Shown piece by piece: positions 34,324 through 46,041 of a stretch of 64,000 nucleotides of DNA (within the stretch, counting starts at the first letter, position 1; each line of letters opens with the position of its first letter). The position numbers and the translations under genes are program-made. The DNA lies in NCBI RefSeq assembly GCF_000143415.4, contig NW_003314271.1:2502285-2566284 (forward strand). Direction: 5' to 3'. The DNA is from Selaginella moellendorffii (lineage: Eukaryota; Plantae; Lycopodiophyta). Below the pieces are notes generated by a model. The model made no database searches. It was not told the origin of the DNA and was given only the letters and a program-made list of their open reading frames with translations.

Positions 34324-36704
34324 CTAAGCTTCATATGTTGCAACATCCAATTCTCCAAGAGAGGAGTTAAATTTTGGAAGAATGAATTGCCGGATTGGAA
34401 TTAGCAGAATGAAGAGCACTGGGAACAAAACTCCAGCGATTGGTATCCAAGTGATCCCAAAGCAGGCCACAAGATATACGAGCTGGAACACGGTGAAGCC
34501 TATGATTGCCTTGAAAGGGACGACTTTGAGGAATGATAAGTGGCCTTCTTCCACAGCCCTGGTAAAAGTTCTAACAGTTAGAAAGATTGTAGAGAAACCA
34601 AGAAACCAAGGAGAAGTGATTGAAACTTACATGTATCGCTTGTTTGGAGCAGTGAAGAGAAGCTTGAATCTTTCCCAGAACTGGTTTCCTGGAAGACTTT
34701 CGATTGACATGAATGCAAAGTATCCCCAGAGGACCGAAGTTGGAATCTTTCTGATCGCGGGCATTGCAACCACGCAAATCCCGACTAGAGACGATTGGAT
34801 CAAGTTGCTGACCCTTTGCTCGTCCAGCGCTGTGGGAATCATCGCGTCAATGTGTTTCTCAATTCGCTCCACCTCGCACGTGAAATCCTATTAACAAAAA
34901 CAAGGATCACCAACACAAGGCTTGATTGAAACTCTTACATGAGACTCTAGATTCGGTTGTCGTGTTCTTGTTTCTTCCTCGACTATTTCTTGGAGACGCT
35001 GGCTCAGTTCTTGAGATGATCCATTCCAACCATCCACAACCTTGACAAGTTTTTCTCGTAAAATCTACAATGAAGTTCGCATATCGTTAATAACAACACA
35101 TAATATTGAAAGAAATTTCTGGGAAACCTGATGTTTTAGAGAAGCAAGGCTCGCTGTATGCATTGGAGATTGTGGAAGCACTCCATTCGAAGGTGGTATT
35201 CCTAGTAGTCCACACACCAAAACCTGTAGAAAATATAATACGTGGATCAAATTAAACGAAAATCAAATCATTTCTTACCATTGCTGCTACAAGAAAAAGA
35301 TCGTAGTGATACGCAGTTGGCTTTTGTAAGTTGAAGTCTTCCTGCTGAGCCATTTGCGACGCTACACTGTGATCAAAGCAGTAAAGCAAAGCGATCATGC
35401 AAGCCGGGACGATGGCACCAAAGATAAACTCGGTTGGAACTTTGAGAAGATCCTGGGAGAAGGCATAGATCCAAATTCAAGGCAAAGGTTTTGTAAGAAA
35501 ACAGGAAGAAGATATTGATCCCACCTGGAGAACCAGCCAGTTCCCTGATGCTTTATGTGACCAAGCGTCGGGACTTGAGATGCGGCGAGGAACTCCACTT
35601 GGAACACCTCCAGATCTCGAGGGTACAAGAGAAATTGCGGTCCACAGCACGACCATGAGAGGCACACCATAGTCAGCTATAAATCCTCGCAGAAATCCTG
35701 CCAAGAAAAGCACGAATAAGAACTTTGTGCGATATGTTTGTTCTTCTTAAATTTCCACCTGTTCCATATCTCCAAAACCTTGCTCGCCTGCTCTGCATGG
35801 CCGTCCAGAGAAATCCAAACGACAGCACCAGGCCAAGTGTTCCATTTCCAAATCGCCACGAGAAATCCAGGCCATCCTCGTCGGGCTTTCGAAACTCTCC
35901 AATGGCTCCCTGGAAAACAAGAGAGTTCATAAGTTAGAAGTTCTTCCTCGCCGATAGCTGTCAAACATATAGAAACCTTGATGGCTTGCTGCATAAAGAG
36001 AAGCGCGATGAGACTTCCAAAAACTTCTCCGGCCATCCGAGTGAAACGATTGATGAGAGAGCAGGCATTGAAAATTGCTAGAACAAACAGGATCAAGGAG
36101 GTCCAAATACAAACCCTGTAAGAATAAAAAGAAGAAATTGTAAACAAACAACAAAAACAACCAATTGCTCACCAGGTCGTCCAAGGAAGAAAGAGTGGCA
36201 AGCCGAGACCCTTGTTCTTCTTTGCAAAGCTATACATGAAACCATACATTATAACAGTCGGCTCGGCAACTCCTAGAACGAGCAAAGGCTGGCCTCCAAC
36301 CAGAGATTGCAAAATTCCACACAGGGCAGTGGAAGCTAAAGCATGCGCAGTCGTCAAAGCACCATCTGGAACAAAGAAAAAGAGCGCAAGAAACTAAGAA
36401 AAAGGAAGAACTCCTCAAAAGGCTGGAAAAGAGATTGGCCAAAATTTTCAAACGAAACCTGTGTCACTTTGGAGCTGCTCGCCAAAAGCTATGACAGGAA
36501 GAGCCGAGGCGAAGAAAATATACGTGGTTGGAGCCAAGATCCTGCGCCAAACAAGATCGAAATCACGCAGAATTCTTCCAATACCAGCTCGAACCTCAGG
36601 AAATCGGATCCGGCCTTGAGACCATCTCTCCAATCTCGCCCATAAACATCCAATCTGCCATGGAAATCCCGAGAGATGCCTCGAAAGGGATGAGACGCCG
36701 CCAT
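34324..36704 (-). CDS. BOR: Borate exporter (BOR, SLC4 anion-exchanger family); multi-exon, short C-terminus
   Basis: [97 protein letters not shown]. Confidence 0.96.
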
Positions 36705-37378
36705 CGTCACGAGTCCTCTAGCTCTGTCGGGGAGAAATCACGCGCACGAGATCACGAGGCTGATAGTCCCGAGTTAATCGAGTCAAATCAGAAACAATGT
36801 CCTCTTGGCCAGCACCATGCCACGCTCTCGCATGCAACAACGGGGATTTTACGGTGAAGCCCAGCGCGCTCTGCTGGACAGCATTATAGGGAGCTAACCT
36901 GTCTTTCTTTTCTCATCTTTCGTCTTTACGTTGCCATCGCCCCCCGGAACATGCGGGGGTGCGAATTTTCCCAAAGTCTACGCGGGCCTCGCTTTTCGGG
37001 GGCTCGATTTGATACTGGAAGATGCCCCAATTTGATACAGATTAAGTTTTACCACCCACCTTTACAATTTAAAATTTAACTCCTGTGTCAAATGAAAAAG
37101 TATTGCTTTAATTTGATTTAGGTTAATATTAAAGAAGTTTACATAATGGTTTGCTTGTTTTAAAAAAGAAAACAGATGTGCTTGAGATCCGATCAGGGAG
37201 CAAGAAGCGTGAGGTGGCGGGGTGTGATTTTTGGAGCTCATTTGTGTCATTTTTCATTGAAATGTATCCATGGGCCTAGGATATCACTCGTTAGAAATAT
37301 GCATTACCTTACATTTCACCTTAAAGTCAGATTTTATTTTATTTTTTATCATCCGCAGTAATTTACATAATTGATTTG

Positions 37379-38555
37379 TTACACCTCGACTTGTCTCGTG
37401 CCAGCGAAGAATTTCACCTCCGTCTTTGGTTGCGTTGAAAACATGAGGAACTCGAGGATCTTGATGACTGCCCGGAAACAAAACCAGTATTGCTCCTGCC
37501 AAAAACTTAATCTTAAGAAACGAGCAAACTTTTAAGCAAATCTAAAACAGATATCTCTAAGTAACAGGAATGAAAGTAGACGAGAGACTTACATCCGTCT
37601 CCACCAATCCACGCCGCTGCTGTCGAAGCCGAGCCACTGTGCGTGAGATGTTTACCACGCTAAGATCACCGCTGAGAATGCTTCTCAGTACGTGATCCAG
37701 TGTGACAAATGTTCCAGCGCGGCCAATCCCAGCCCTGTGAAGCAAACCACAAGGTCTTAGACAAACTAATCGAGAAAACAAGAACAAACCTGCAGTGGAT
37801 GAAGTAGGAGCAGCCCGGCGGGAGCTTGTAGAGAGCAGCGAACATCTCCTGGATCGGTTCTATTCTTTTGGGAACACCAAACTCGGACCACGAGTACTGC
37901 CAGTGCTCGAGCGTGAAGCTTTGATCATCGCACTCCACTCGGAGAAGCCGCCTCGTAACGTCGTTAATGCTGCGCGAGGAGCTCCGGTTGATGATCTTGA
38001 TCCTACCATAGACTCGTGATTCTCCCGGCCTCAGTGGAAAGTAATCGCCAGCCAAGTCCTGCCACAGATCGTGTAAGTCTATAGTCTAGAACAAGAACTT
38101 CTCGATCTCGAGAGAAAAGAAACTATAATCTTTGCTCTCGATCGAAAAACTATTCAATGACCCACCTCCGTGAGCTTGACGATCGCGCGACAGTTGCATT
38201 GCACTACCATCTCCCAGAAATGGAGAGGTGAATCCGGCTGCCCGCCGCAAATGGCATTGGAAGTGATGAAATTCGCGTTGATGAAAGAGGGGGAGCTGCC
38301 TTGCAGCACAACTCTGGTGGCGCTGCGGCAGTGAGGGTGATCTGCCGCGGAGGAATGGAGAAGTTCTTGCGCCTGGAGAGTGACGAGCTCCTCTGCGAAA
38401 GAAAAAAAGGATTGATCGATCGATCGATCCATAAAATCAAGGGAAAACTTACGATATTCGCTCTTCGCCTGGTGGGAGGACTTGTTCTTGAGAAGAAGAG
38501 ACGCTTGGCGGCACCATTCTCGCTGCTCTGGCCTCAACTCTAGCTCCATCGCCAT
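37379..38555 (-). CDS. Divergent classical protein tyrosine phosphatase-like protein; 5 exons
   Basis: TRVVL...FINANFI, FWEMVVQ...AIVKLT, DYFP, spliced P-loop IHCRAGIGRAGTF, LRQQRRGLVETDEQYWFCFRAV; GT-AG junctions keep the frame. Confidence 0.85.
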
Positions 38556-38689
38556 TCTAGGGCAAACGCTTTCACCACGCACTTTTATACTTGCCTGCCA
38601 CGTGGAGTGACCTTTCCACGCAAGCATCACATAAGCTTCTCTAGGGCTCTTGTGTGTTTTTGTGTTTCTTGTGCTTCTTTGGTCTGGCT

Positions 38690-39646
38690 ATGGCGGACGC
38701 GGAGCTCCAGCGCCTAGGGCGTGGCGATTTCGGCATTGTCTACGATGGCGGCGCCGGTGTCGCGCTCAAGCTCCTTCACGGCGATGGCGTCAAGCCGGGC
38801 GCCAAGCGCATTCCCTACGAGGAGCTCAAGGAGGAGGCCGAGACGGCGCAGCGGCTCCACCAGGCAGTGTTCGACATGGATCTCAAGGCCGTCGGCGTCC
38901 CGATGCCCTACGCGGTGCTTCGCAGCGGCAAGGATCTTGTCCTCTACAGCCTGGTGGGCGGCGCCAAGGAACGCGATTGGCTTCGCAGCCACACGGAGCA
39001 GCGGCCCTTCTGCGACGGCATCATCGCCATGGAAAGGATCTTCGGGCCGGAGCGTTGCGAGCTGGAGGCGCTCAAGGCGCGCTACTACCCGGACGATCCG
39101 CGCTGGGCGGAGCTCCTCCAGTCGAATCGGGTGTGGAAGCTCCAGCTCGGCCTCTTCGTTCTTCCGCCGCCGGATATCTTCTTCAAGGCGCCGTGTGTTC
39201 TAGCGCGAGAGGCGAGCGAGTGCCTGGGCCTGGACGTCCCGGCGGTGGCCAGGGACATGGGCAGGCTGGTCGGAGCCGCGCGGCGCATGGATCTCAGCTG
39301 CAACGATGTCCAGTACGTGGTCGGGCGACGCTGGGGATCGCCGCGGCTCCAGGTGTTCGTGCTCGACTTTGGATTCGCGAGGGATGGCCGGACCAATCCT
39401 TTCCACGACGATTACTACCCCAAGACGGAGGATCTGTGGGTCGAATTCATCCAGGGGTTCCGGTGCGAGTGCGATGACGAGAAAGCTTTGCCGGTCATGG
39501 GCGTCGCTCACACGACTCCGCTCCCTCCTCCGCCCAAGATCTCGCAGTTTCCACCGCGAAATGGGGGCAATCTCGCTATGCCAAGGCATCCGCGGCAGCG
39601 CTATGTGGTGGTACCTCCACCATCGCCCAATACCCAGGAATTCTAG
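38690..39646 (+). CDS. Atypical protein-kinase-fold protein resembling DUF3669 (mainly fungal) proteins; intronless, GC-rich
   Basis: LGRGDFGIVY glycine loop, VALK, IAMERI, NDVQYVVG, VFVLDFG, DDYYPK...LWVEF; no HRD loop. The family call is from recalled motif similarity only. Confidence 0.65.
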   Translation: MADAELQRLGRGDFGIVYDGGAGVALKLLHGDGVKPGAKRIPYEELKEEAETAQRLHQAVFDMDLKAVGVPMPYAVLRSGKDLVLYSLVGGAKERDWLRSHTEQRPFCDGIIAMERIFGPERCELEALKARYYPDDPRWAELLQSNRVWKLQLGLFVLPPPDIFFKAPCVLAREASECLGLDVPAVARDMGRLVGAARRMDLSCNDVQYVVGRRWGSPRLQVFVLDFGFARDGRTNPFHDDYYPKTEDLWVEFIQGFRCECDDEKALPVMGVAHTTPLPPPPKISQFPPRNGGNLAMPRHPRQRYVVVPPPSPNTQEF

Positions 39647-39791
39647 GATGGATGACCATAGATCGAGATCTAGATAGCTCGGAAGATCGATCGCTCATGT
39701 GTAAAGTATTTCTTCTAGCTCAGTTTTGATATTCGCGGGAACTTGTGAATTCGAAGAACAGAATATACTCACTTTGATGCTTCGTTAACCT

Positions 39792-41678
39792 CTAGACGTT
39801 ATCCATGTAGATGTTAGACATTAAGATATGAGCGCCGCCATCGCTCGCGCTGGAATCCATCTCCGCGGTTCTCGCCCCGCGAGCAACATCCCTGTGAACG
39901 CTGCAAGCACTGAGAAGAGCTCTCAACACAACCGAGTCTGGCGATCCCAGCATTGCCTCGATGATCTCCTCCGCCTGGCTCAGCAATCCCGCCCGCCCCA
40001 GCATGTCCGCGACACAGCTCCAGTGCTCGGGCGCCGGATACACGCCATATTCCGCCCTCATCGCGCCCAGGCACTGGCAGCCCATCTCCAGCTGCCCACC
40101 GTGGCTGAAGCCATTGAGCACGCTCAAGAACGCGACGCTGTCTGGGATCACGCCATCGAGCAGCATCGCGAAGAAGAGCTCCGGCGCGCGATCGCCGTGC
40201 CCGTTCTGCCCGATTCCGGAGAGCAGCGCGTTCCAGGAGAGGAGGTTGCGATCGGGCATAGCATCGAAAATCTCCTTCGCGTCGGCGAGATGCCCGTTCT
40301 GGGCATTTGCTGCGACGGCAGCGTTCCAAGAGACTAGATCCCATAGCGGCATCTTGGAGAGGATCGAAGCGGCAATCTGGGGGCTGTTATTCTGAGCGTG
40401 CGATGCGATGAGCGTGTTCCAGGCGACGACATCCTTCCCGGGGATTCGATCGAAGAGTGACTTTGCGCGATCGAGATGCCCAAACCGGGCATATGCTGAG
40501 AAGATCGCCGTCTCCGCGACGATGTCTTGCACAGGCATGGATTCCGCCATGGCGATAGCCTGATCGAGGTCTCCAGCCTCGGCGCTGGCCTGGATGATCG
40601 CCGTGCACGACGGTAGATCCCTTCGCGGCATCCGCGAGAAGAGCGCCCGCGCGAGCTCGAGCTGGGATCTCTCCACGCAGCACTGGATCATGCTGTTCCA
40701 CGACACCTCGTCGCGCTCGGGCATGGATTCGAAGAGCTGCTTCGTCGCCGCGAGCTGCCGTGCGTGTGATCGCGCCTGGATCATGCCCGATTGCTCGCCG
40801 CCCAGCGCGTGACAGTGGAACATCACGTTCCAGGAGACTAGGGTTCTTCGCGGCATTCGATCGAAGGCCTCCTGCGCGGCGCTGGGATCGCCGCACTGCG
40901 CGTGCATCAGGATCATCTCCGTCCAGGACACCACGTTGCGATCGGGCATGGCGTCGAAGAGATCCTTCGCGGCGGTGGATTGCCCCGACTGGCCGTAGGC
41001 GTGGAGGATCCCGTTGAGCGAGATGAGATCGCGCTGCGGCATTCGATCGAAGAACTCCTTGGATTCGCGGGCGAATCTTGCCTGGCCATAGCCGGTGATC
41101 ATCGCGTTCCAGATCACTAGCTCCCGCTCGGGCGAGGAATCAAACATGGCCTTGGCGAGGGAGAACTCGCCGCCACCGGCGTGGAGCGCTACCACCGACG
41201 TCCACGCCACGGCGTTGTGGTACGGCATCCGCAAGAACACCGCGATCGCGTCGCCGCAGCGCCGGGATCGCACGAACGCCTGGAAGATCGTCGTCCAGGT
41301 GACGATATTTCGCGTCGCCGATCGATCGAACAGGCTCTTGGCCTCGTCCAGATCCCCGGCCTGGGCATACCCCGCGATGATGATGTTCCAGGAGAAGACG
41401 TTGCGCGGCGCCGCCATGGAATCGAATGCCGATCGCGCCTCCTCGATGCTGGAGCACTTGTGGTACATGTGGACGAGGAGATTGGCGAGGAGCGTGCTCT
41501 TGCCGTGGCGATCGATGATCCGCGAGTGCAAATCCCTGCCGCGGGAGAGATCGCGCTCGACCGCGCAGGCCTCGAGCTCCCTGGCGATGGTGCTGGCCTC
41601 GTCGGCGAGCTCATCCTTGAGAAGCGATGGAGAGAAGAAGCCGCGGCGTGATCTAGATCTAGAGGCGCGCTGCCACAT
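39792..41678 (-). CDS. PLS-class pentatricopeptide repeat protein with E domain, no DYW (organellar RNA-editing type); intronless
   Basis: Serial FDxMPxRxxVSWN repeats, HWSCVADMLGRAG.L..AE, ALLSACSVH, terminal HILMSNIY. Confidence 0.93.
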   Translation of the reverse strand: MWQRASRSRSRRGFFSPSLLKDELADEASTIARELEACAVERDLSRGRDLHSRIIDRHGKSTLLANLLVHMYHKCSSIEEARSAFDSMAAPRNVFSWNIIIAGYAQAGDLDEAKSLFDRSATRNIVTWTTIFQAFVRSRRCGDAIAVFLRMPYHNAVAWTSVVALHAGGGEFSLAKAMFDSSPERELVIWNAMITGYGQARFARESKEFFDRMPQRDLISLNGILHAYGQSGQSTAAKDLFDAMPDRNVVSWTEMILMHAQCGDPSAAQEAFDRMPRRTLVSWNVMFHCHALGGEQSGMIQARSHARQLAATKQLFESMPERDEVSWNSMIQCCVERSQLELARALFSRMPRRDLPSCTAIIQASAEAGDLDQAIAMAESMPVQDIVAETAIFSAYARFGHLDRAKSLFDRIPGKDVVAWNTLIASHAQNNSPQIAASILSKMPLWDLVSWNAAVAANAQNGHLADAKEIFDAMPDRNLLSWNALLSGIGQNGHGDRAPELFFAMLLDGVIPDSVAFLSVLNGFSHGGQLEMGCQCLGAMRAEYGVYPAPEHWSCVADMLGRAGLLSQAEEIIEAMLGSPDSVVLRALLSACSVHRDVARGARTAEMDSSASDGGAHILMSNIYMDNV

Positions 41679-41747
41679 TCATTTGGAGGGGATTTGGGGC
41701 TTTTCCCTTTTATAATATTTGGGAAGAACCCTAGGTAGCTTTGAGCT

Positions 41748-43662
41748 ATGGCGTCTTCGTCCGTGAGGGCGCTACGACGGGGAGCAAGCGCCTGTCAAGC
41801 GCAGGCGCTGGATTTCCTCGTCCGAGGCCTTCCAGCATCGCGTGGAGTGCTCGATCCCTACTTAGATCAGCACGGTGAGTGATACTCTCCCTTTGTTTTC
41901 CATCTAGTCGCGGAATGTAGATTCTAGGAACTAGTTCCAAGTCTTAAAGCTGGAGCTTGTTCTAAGACTAGTGTTTCTCATGTAGAGTCCAGTTCAGGAG
42001 TGCGCCACGCTTTCAATCTGGCGACGAGGGGAGGAACTCCGTTGGTTGTCAAGACCGCCGGGGGTCTCTCGGCAGCTACGTAAGTTCTATTGATCATCCA
42101 GCAAAGTCTTTACGGTTTCGCTCGCAGGGGATTCATCGTGACCATCTTTGGATCGACTGGAATGCTGGGACGGGCAGTGGTGAACAACCTCGGTATGCTA
42201 CTGGTGTTTCTTTCTATCATTCGTTCTAGATGGTTTTTTACTCTGTCTCTAGCAAAGATTGGAGCACAGTGTATGATACCATACAGGGGGCTGGAGGATA
42301 AGCCTCGACATCTAAAAGTGATGGGTGATCTCGGTCAGGTAATCTCGTTTGCTCTCAAGCTTTTGTATTTCGAGTTTATGCCTTTAACTTGAAGGTCAGA
42401 TCGTGCCGTTTGTGTGTAATATCCGGGATGATGATGCCATACGCGCTGCCATTGCGAAATCCAACGTTGTCATCAACTTGATTGGTCAGTGCTTCCTTTT
42501 ACATTCGATATTTAGAACTTGACAGGAAGTTGTTTATTTGCTATATCGACAGGAAGAGAATACGAAACTCGTAACTACGGTTTCGAGGAGGTCAACATTG
42601 ATATTGCACAACGTATTGCTCGGGTATTTCACAATGCTGTTTCTCCGTGTCTTGAATGAGTTGTCACAAGAGCTCGTTTTTACAGATATCGAAAGAGCAC
42701 GGTGGGATCGTGCGATATATCCATACGTCGTGCGTCGGTGCGGACGAGAACTCTCCTTCCAAACAACATAGAACAAAGGCCCTGGGAGAAGAAGCAGTCA
42801 GACAGGAATTTCCTGAGGTTTGCCAAACTGTTTCCTTTTCCGGGTTTTAGAGTTTGTCTCTTCTAAACCTTCAGGCTACTATTATGCGACCCGCGAGTAT
42901 GTTCGGCTACCACGACAAGTTCCTTAACAGATTTGCCACGAAGGCAAAGTTCTGGCCCAATGTTCCAACGTTTTTCGATGGCAAAACAAAGTAACCAAAC
43001 GTCCTGCGCCGAAGCTTGCTCTAAAACTTCTGTCGCAGGGTTCAACCGGTTTGTGTTCTTGACGTCGCAGCTGCTTTTCTAGCCGCAGTGAAAGAAAAAG
43101 AAGGTATTCACGTCGGGAAAGTCTATGAACTCGGGGGACCGGATGTTTACACGATTCACGAGCTCGTAAGTTCGACCTCCTCCTATTCTACAATCACCAG
43201 CTCTAAAAAACTGCAATCCTTTCCAGCTTCTGTGGATGTTTGAAGTTCTTCGCGAGAAACCGCGGATCATCAACATTCCATTGCCGCTAGCCGAGGTACA
43301 GAAACGAAGCATCGTCTTCTTCTTCTTCTTCTTTGTAACTCGTGATTTCTCCATCCAGGCCGTGTCCCGCGTCCGAGAGTTCTTCTTCAAGAGAGTACCC
43401 GTGCCACTCCCACAGCTATGGCCGTGCTACCGTCACTACATCGATTCTCTCAAAGTGGATCAAGTCGTCTCTCCCGATGGTAACGCTAGAACGGGTGAAT
43501 CTCACTCCGAGGAACTAAGTTTTTCTCCATTTTGATTGTCCTGTGCTAGCTCTAACGTTCGAAGAGCTGGGGATCAAACCCAGACCTCTTGGAGGCCTGG
43601 CGACCGAGTACCTCTTCTACTACAGAGAGGGTGGTCCACACATGGGACAATTCCGTTTGTGA
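41748..43662 (+). CDS. NDUFA9: Mitochondrial complex I 39-kDa subunit (NDUFA9); multi-exon
   Basis: TIFGSTGMLGR.VVN.LAKIG.Q..IPYRG, HLKVMGDLGQIV, SNVVINLIG.EYETRNY.FEEVN, VQPV.V.DVA, YELGGP. Confidence 0.93.
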
Positions 43663-44211
43663 AAAATCACCAGCAAAAGGTAAATTTTGTCCCGGAAAAA
43701 ACATTTTTTTTGTAAAATAAAAAACTTTGTCATGATCATCTGATTTTACTTATCATTTTTGCCGACTGTTCCAAACTTTACAGAGGAAGCATCCTTGTAG
43801 TTTTTCTTTTGCCAGGCGAGTGTGTGAAGAACAGGAGTAGAAATAAAATGCCCAGACCTCCAAAAGCTCCAGAGATTCTCACATACCCACAGCACAGAGC
43901 TACAACACACAACACAAGAAATTTACAGCACAAGAAGAGGAAAAATTTCAGTGGTAGCTTCCCAGGGCTGTTAATAGTTGGAGATTTTATCACTCAATCA
44001 AAATGGGGAGCCTCACCTGGAAGAAATGTTAGATGTGGAAGAGAAAAATGAGATGGATGCCCAGCGATTGGCAGATTGGAGCTGATAATCTCGCAGCTGC
44101 TCCTTTAGATCCTTCCGCATTTTCCCTTTCCCCTTGGCAAGATACAATCTCCAGGAGCCCTAAATTTGCTAATAGCAATTTATTCTTTAAGATAATCATA
44201 TACATGGACGT

Positions 44212-45784
44212 CTAGTCTCTTCTCTTGCTCCCTCTTCGTAGCTGTTCTTCCGGGCCTTGGAATTTCGCTGGGAACGCTTGCGACGAATCAAACTGCAGCG
44301 ATGGATGTGGTTCCTGTTGCTGCTGCTGCTGCTGGAGCTTTGGAGAAACAAAGCGCTCGGGATTCGGTGACGAAGACGACGAAACTAATGGTGAGGCGAG
44401 AAAGCTGCTGGGAAATCTCAGTGCTGTAGAGGGCACGCTTCTCGGCTTCTCTGTTGGACTTATCGCTGCTGGAGAGGCTATCTTCAAAGAATGGAATTGA
44501 TCCAGAGCTGGCTTTGCGTTTGATCCTGTTGAGTTTCCCTGAGCGCTGGCGGTAGTGACGAACGGGAGCAAGCTCGAGTTGTGGAGAAACTCCTGTTGCT
44601 GCAAGTAATTCTGCTGGACCGTGATGAGCGACGTCTGCTGGTGGTTCTGCTGCTGCTGGTACTGCACCGCTGGCCCGACCGGAGTTTGAAATAGTTCCAG
44701 TCTTTGCTGGTGATGCTGCTGTTGCTGGTCGTGATGGTGATGATGATGCTGCCGATGATCAGTGTGAACCAAACTTGAGCACGGATCTTCGTACAGACTA
44801 TAGCTGCTCGGATGCAGAAAGTTCTTCCAGTCTCGCTGCTGCTGCTGCAACTGGCAACTTGTGGCCGGCATGGCAGTGTGTGCAGAGATATGACCAGAAT
44901 TGAAAGGAGCTATACTTGCATGAGCTCCAACTTCCCGGCCTGTTCTTGTTGAGCTGCCTTCTCCAACTGACATGGTTATGTCCGCTCCAAGGTCCTCACC
45001 GGGTCTCTGTCTCGGAAATGCGTCGCTCTCGTCAACGGCTTGATGGTCGCGGGCGGAGCTCGAGCACACCTTGAGCTCGGGGCTCTGGTTCTCCAGCTCC
45101 TGATCGCTAACAAGGCTCGCCTGCTGTATAACTCCCTTTAGTTGCATGTCCGAGCCTGAGCTAAACGATGCTCCTCCTCTCTCTAACGAGAAGTGGCCAC
45201 CACCACTTTCGTTAGAAGCCGAAAGTGCCCCCGACCCGGAGTATCCGAACCCGAGAGCGGTGTTGTAAGACGAGCTAGGAAGCGTGAGCCTGTCGATTCC
45301 GGGGAGTGGTATCTGCGACAGCTCGTCGATGGCATTCTTGGCCTTTTTCATCAACCATTCCACGGCCTTGCTTGGTTGGTCGTAGCCGAGCCTGTCCTGG
45401 ACGTCGTAAAACTGGATGGCTGTGGAAACGGACAGCCGAACTCTCCGGTCCCTCGGCCCTTTGGCCGTGAAGACCTTGCTGTGCCGATCCTTACCTCCCG
45501 AGGGCCTCAAAGTCCGAGCAGATATGTTCATGTGGAGCTCGGTTTGATCGTCACGCCGCCCCAGAAGATTTGACAGGACTGAAGCTTCGGGCCTGCTACG
45601 AACTCTTCTTTCGTCCAGCCCGGCCTCTGGAACACCGCCCCCAAGTCGTTTATACTTTTCCGGGTAGTCAGAAGAAAGCGACTCACTATTCCATTGGCCC
45701 AGCCTTCTATACTCGCTGCTCATCGTAGAAACCGGTCCGAGCATGTGTCCATAGTCTGGAAAACTTTTACTGCTGTCATGTTCT

Positions 45785-45815
<31 letters not shown>

Positions 45816-46041
45816 TGAGGCGGATTCCATCCACTTCTGGAACATCTGCGTAGCAATAATCACCTGGAACTCCACCTTCTTCCTTGAGAATCTCAGAGCG
45901 GATTCCCACTAGCGTATTATTGCTGTTGCTGCTTCGACCACGCTCTTCATCATCCATGAAATTTGCGCCACTGGTACCGTTGCGGGGTCGTTTGTGGCCC
46001 TCCATACTTCTCAGCTCCACAAATGTGATCAGTGATATCAT
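44212..46041 (-). CDS. TCP: Class II (CIN-like) TCP transcription factor
   Basis: [47 protein letters not shown]...AIDEL. The start could be the later Met of MEGHKRPR. Confidence 0.95.
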
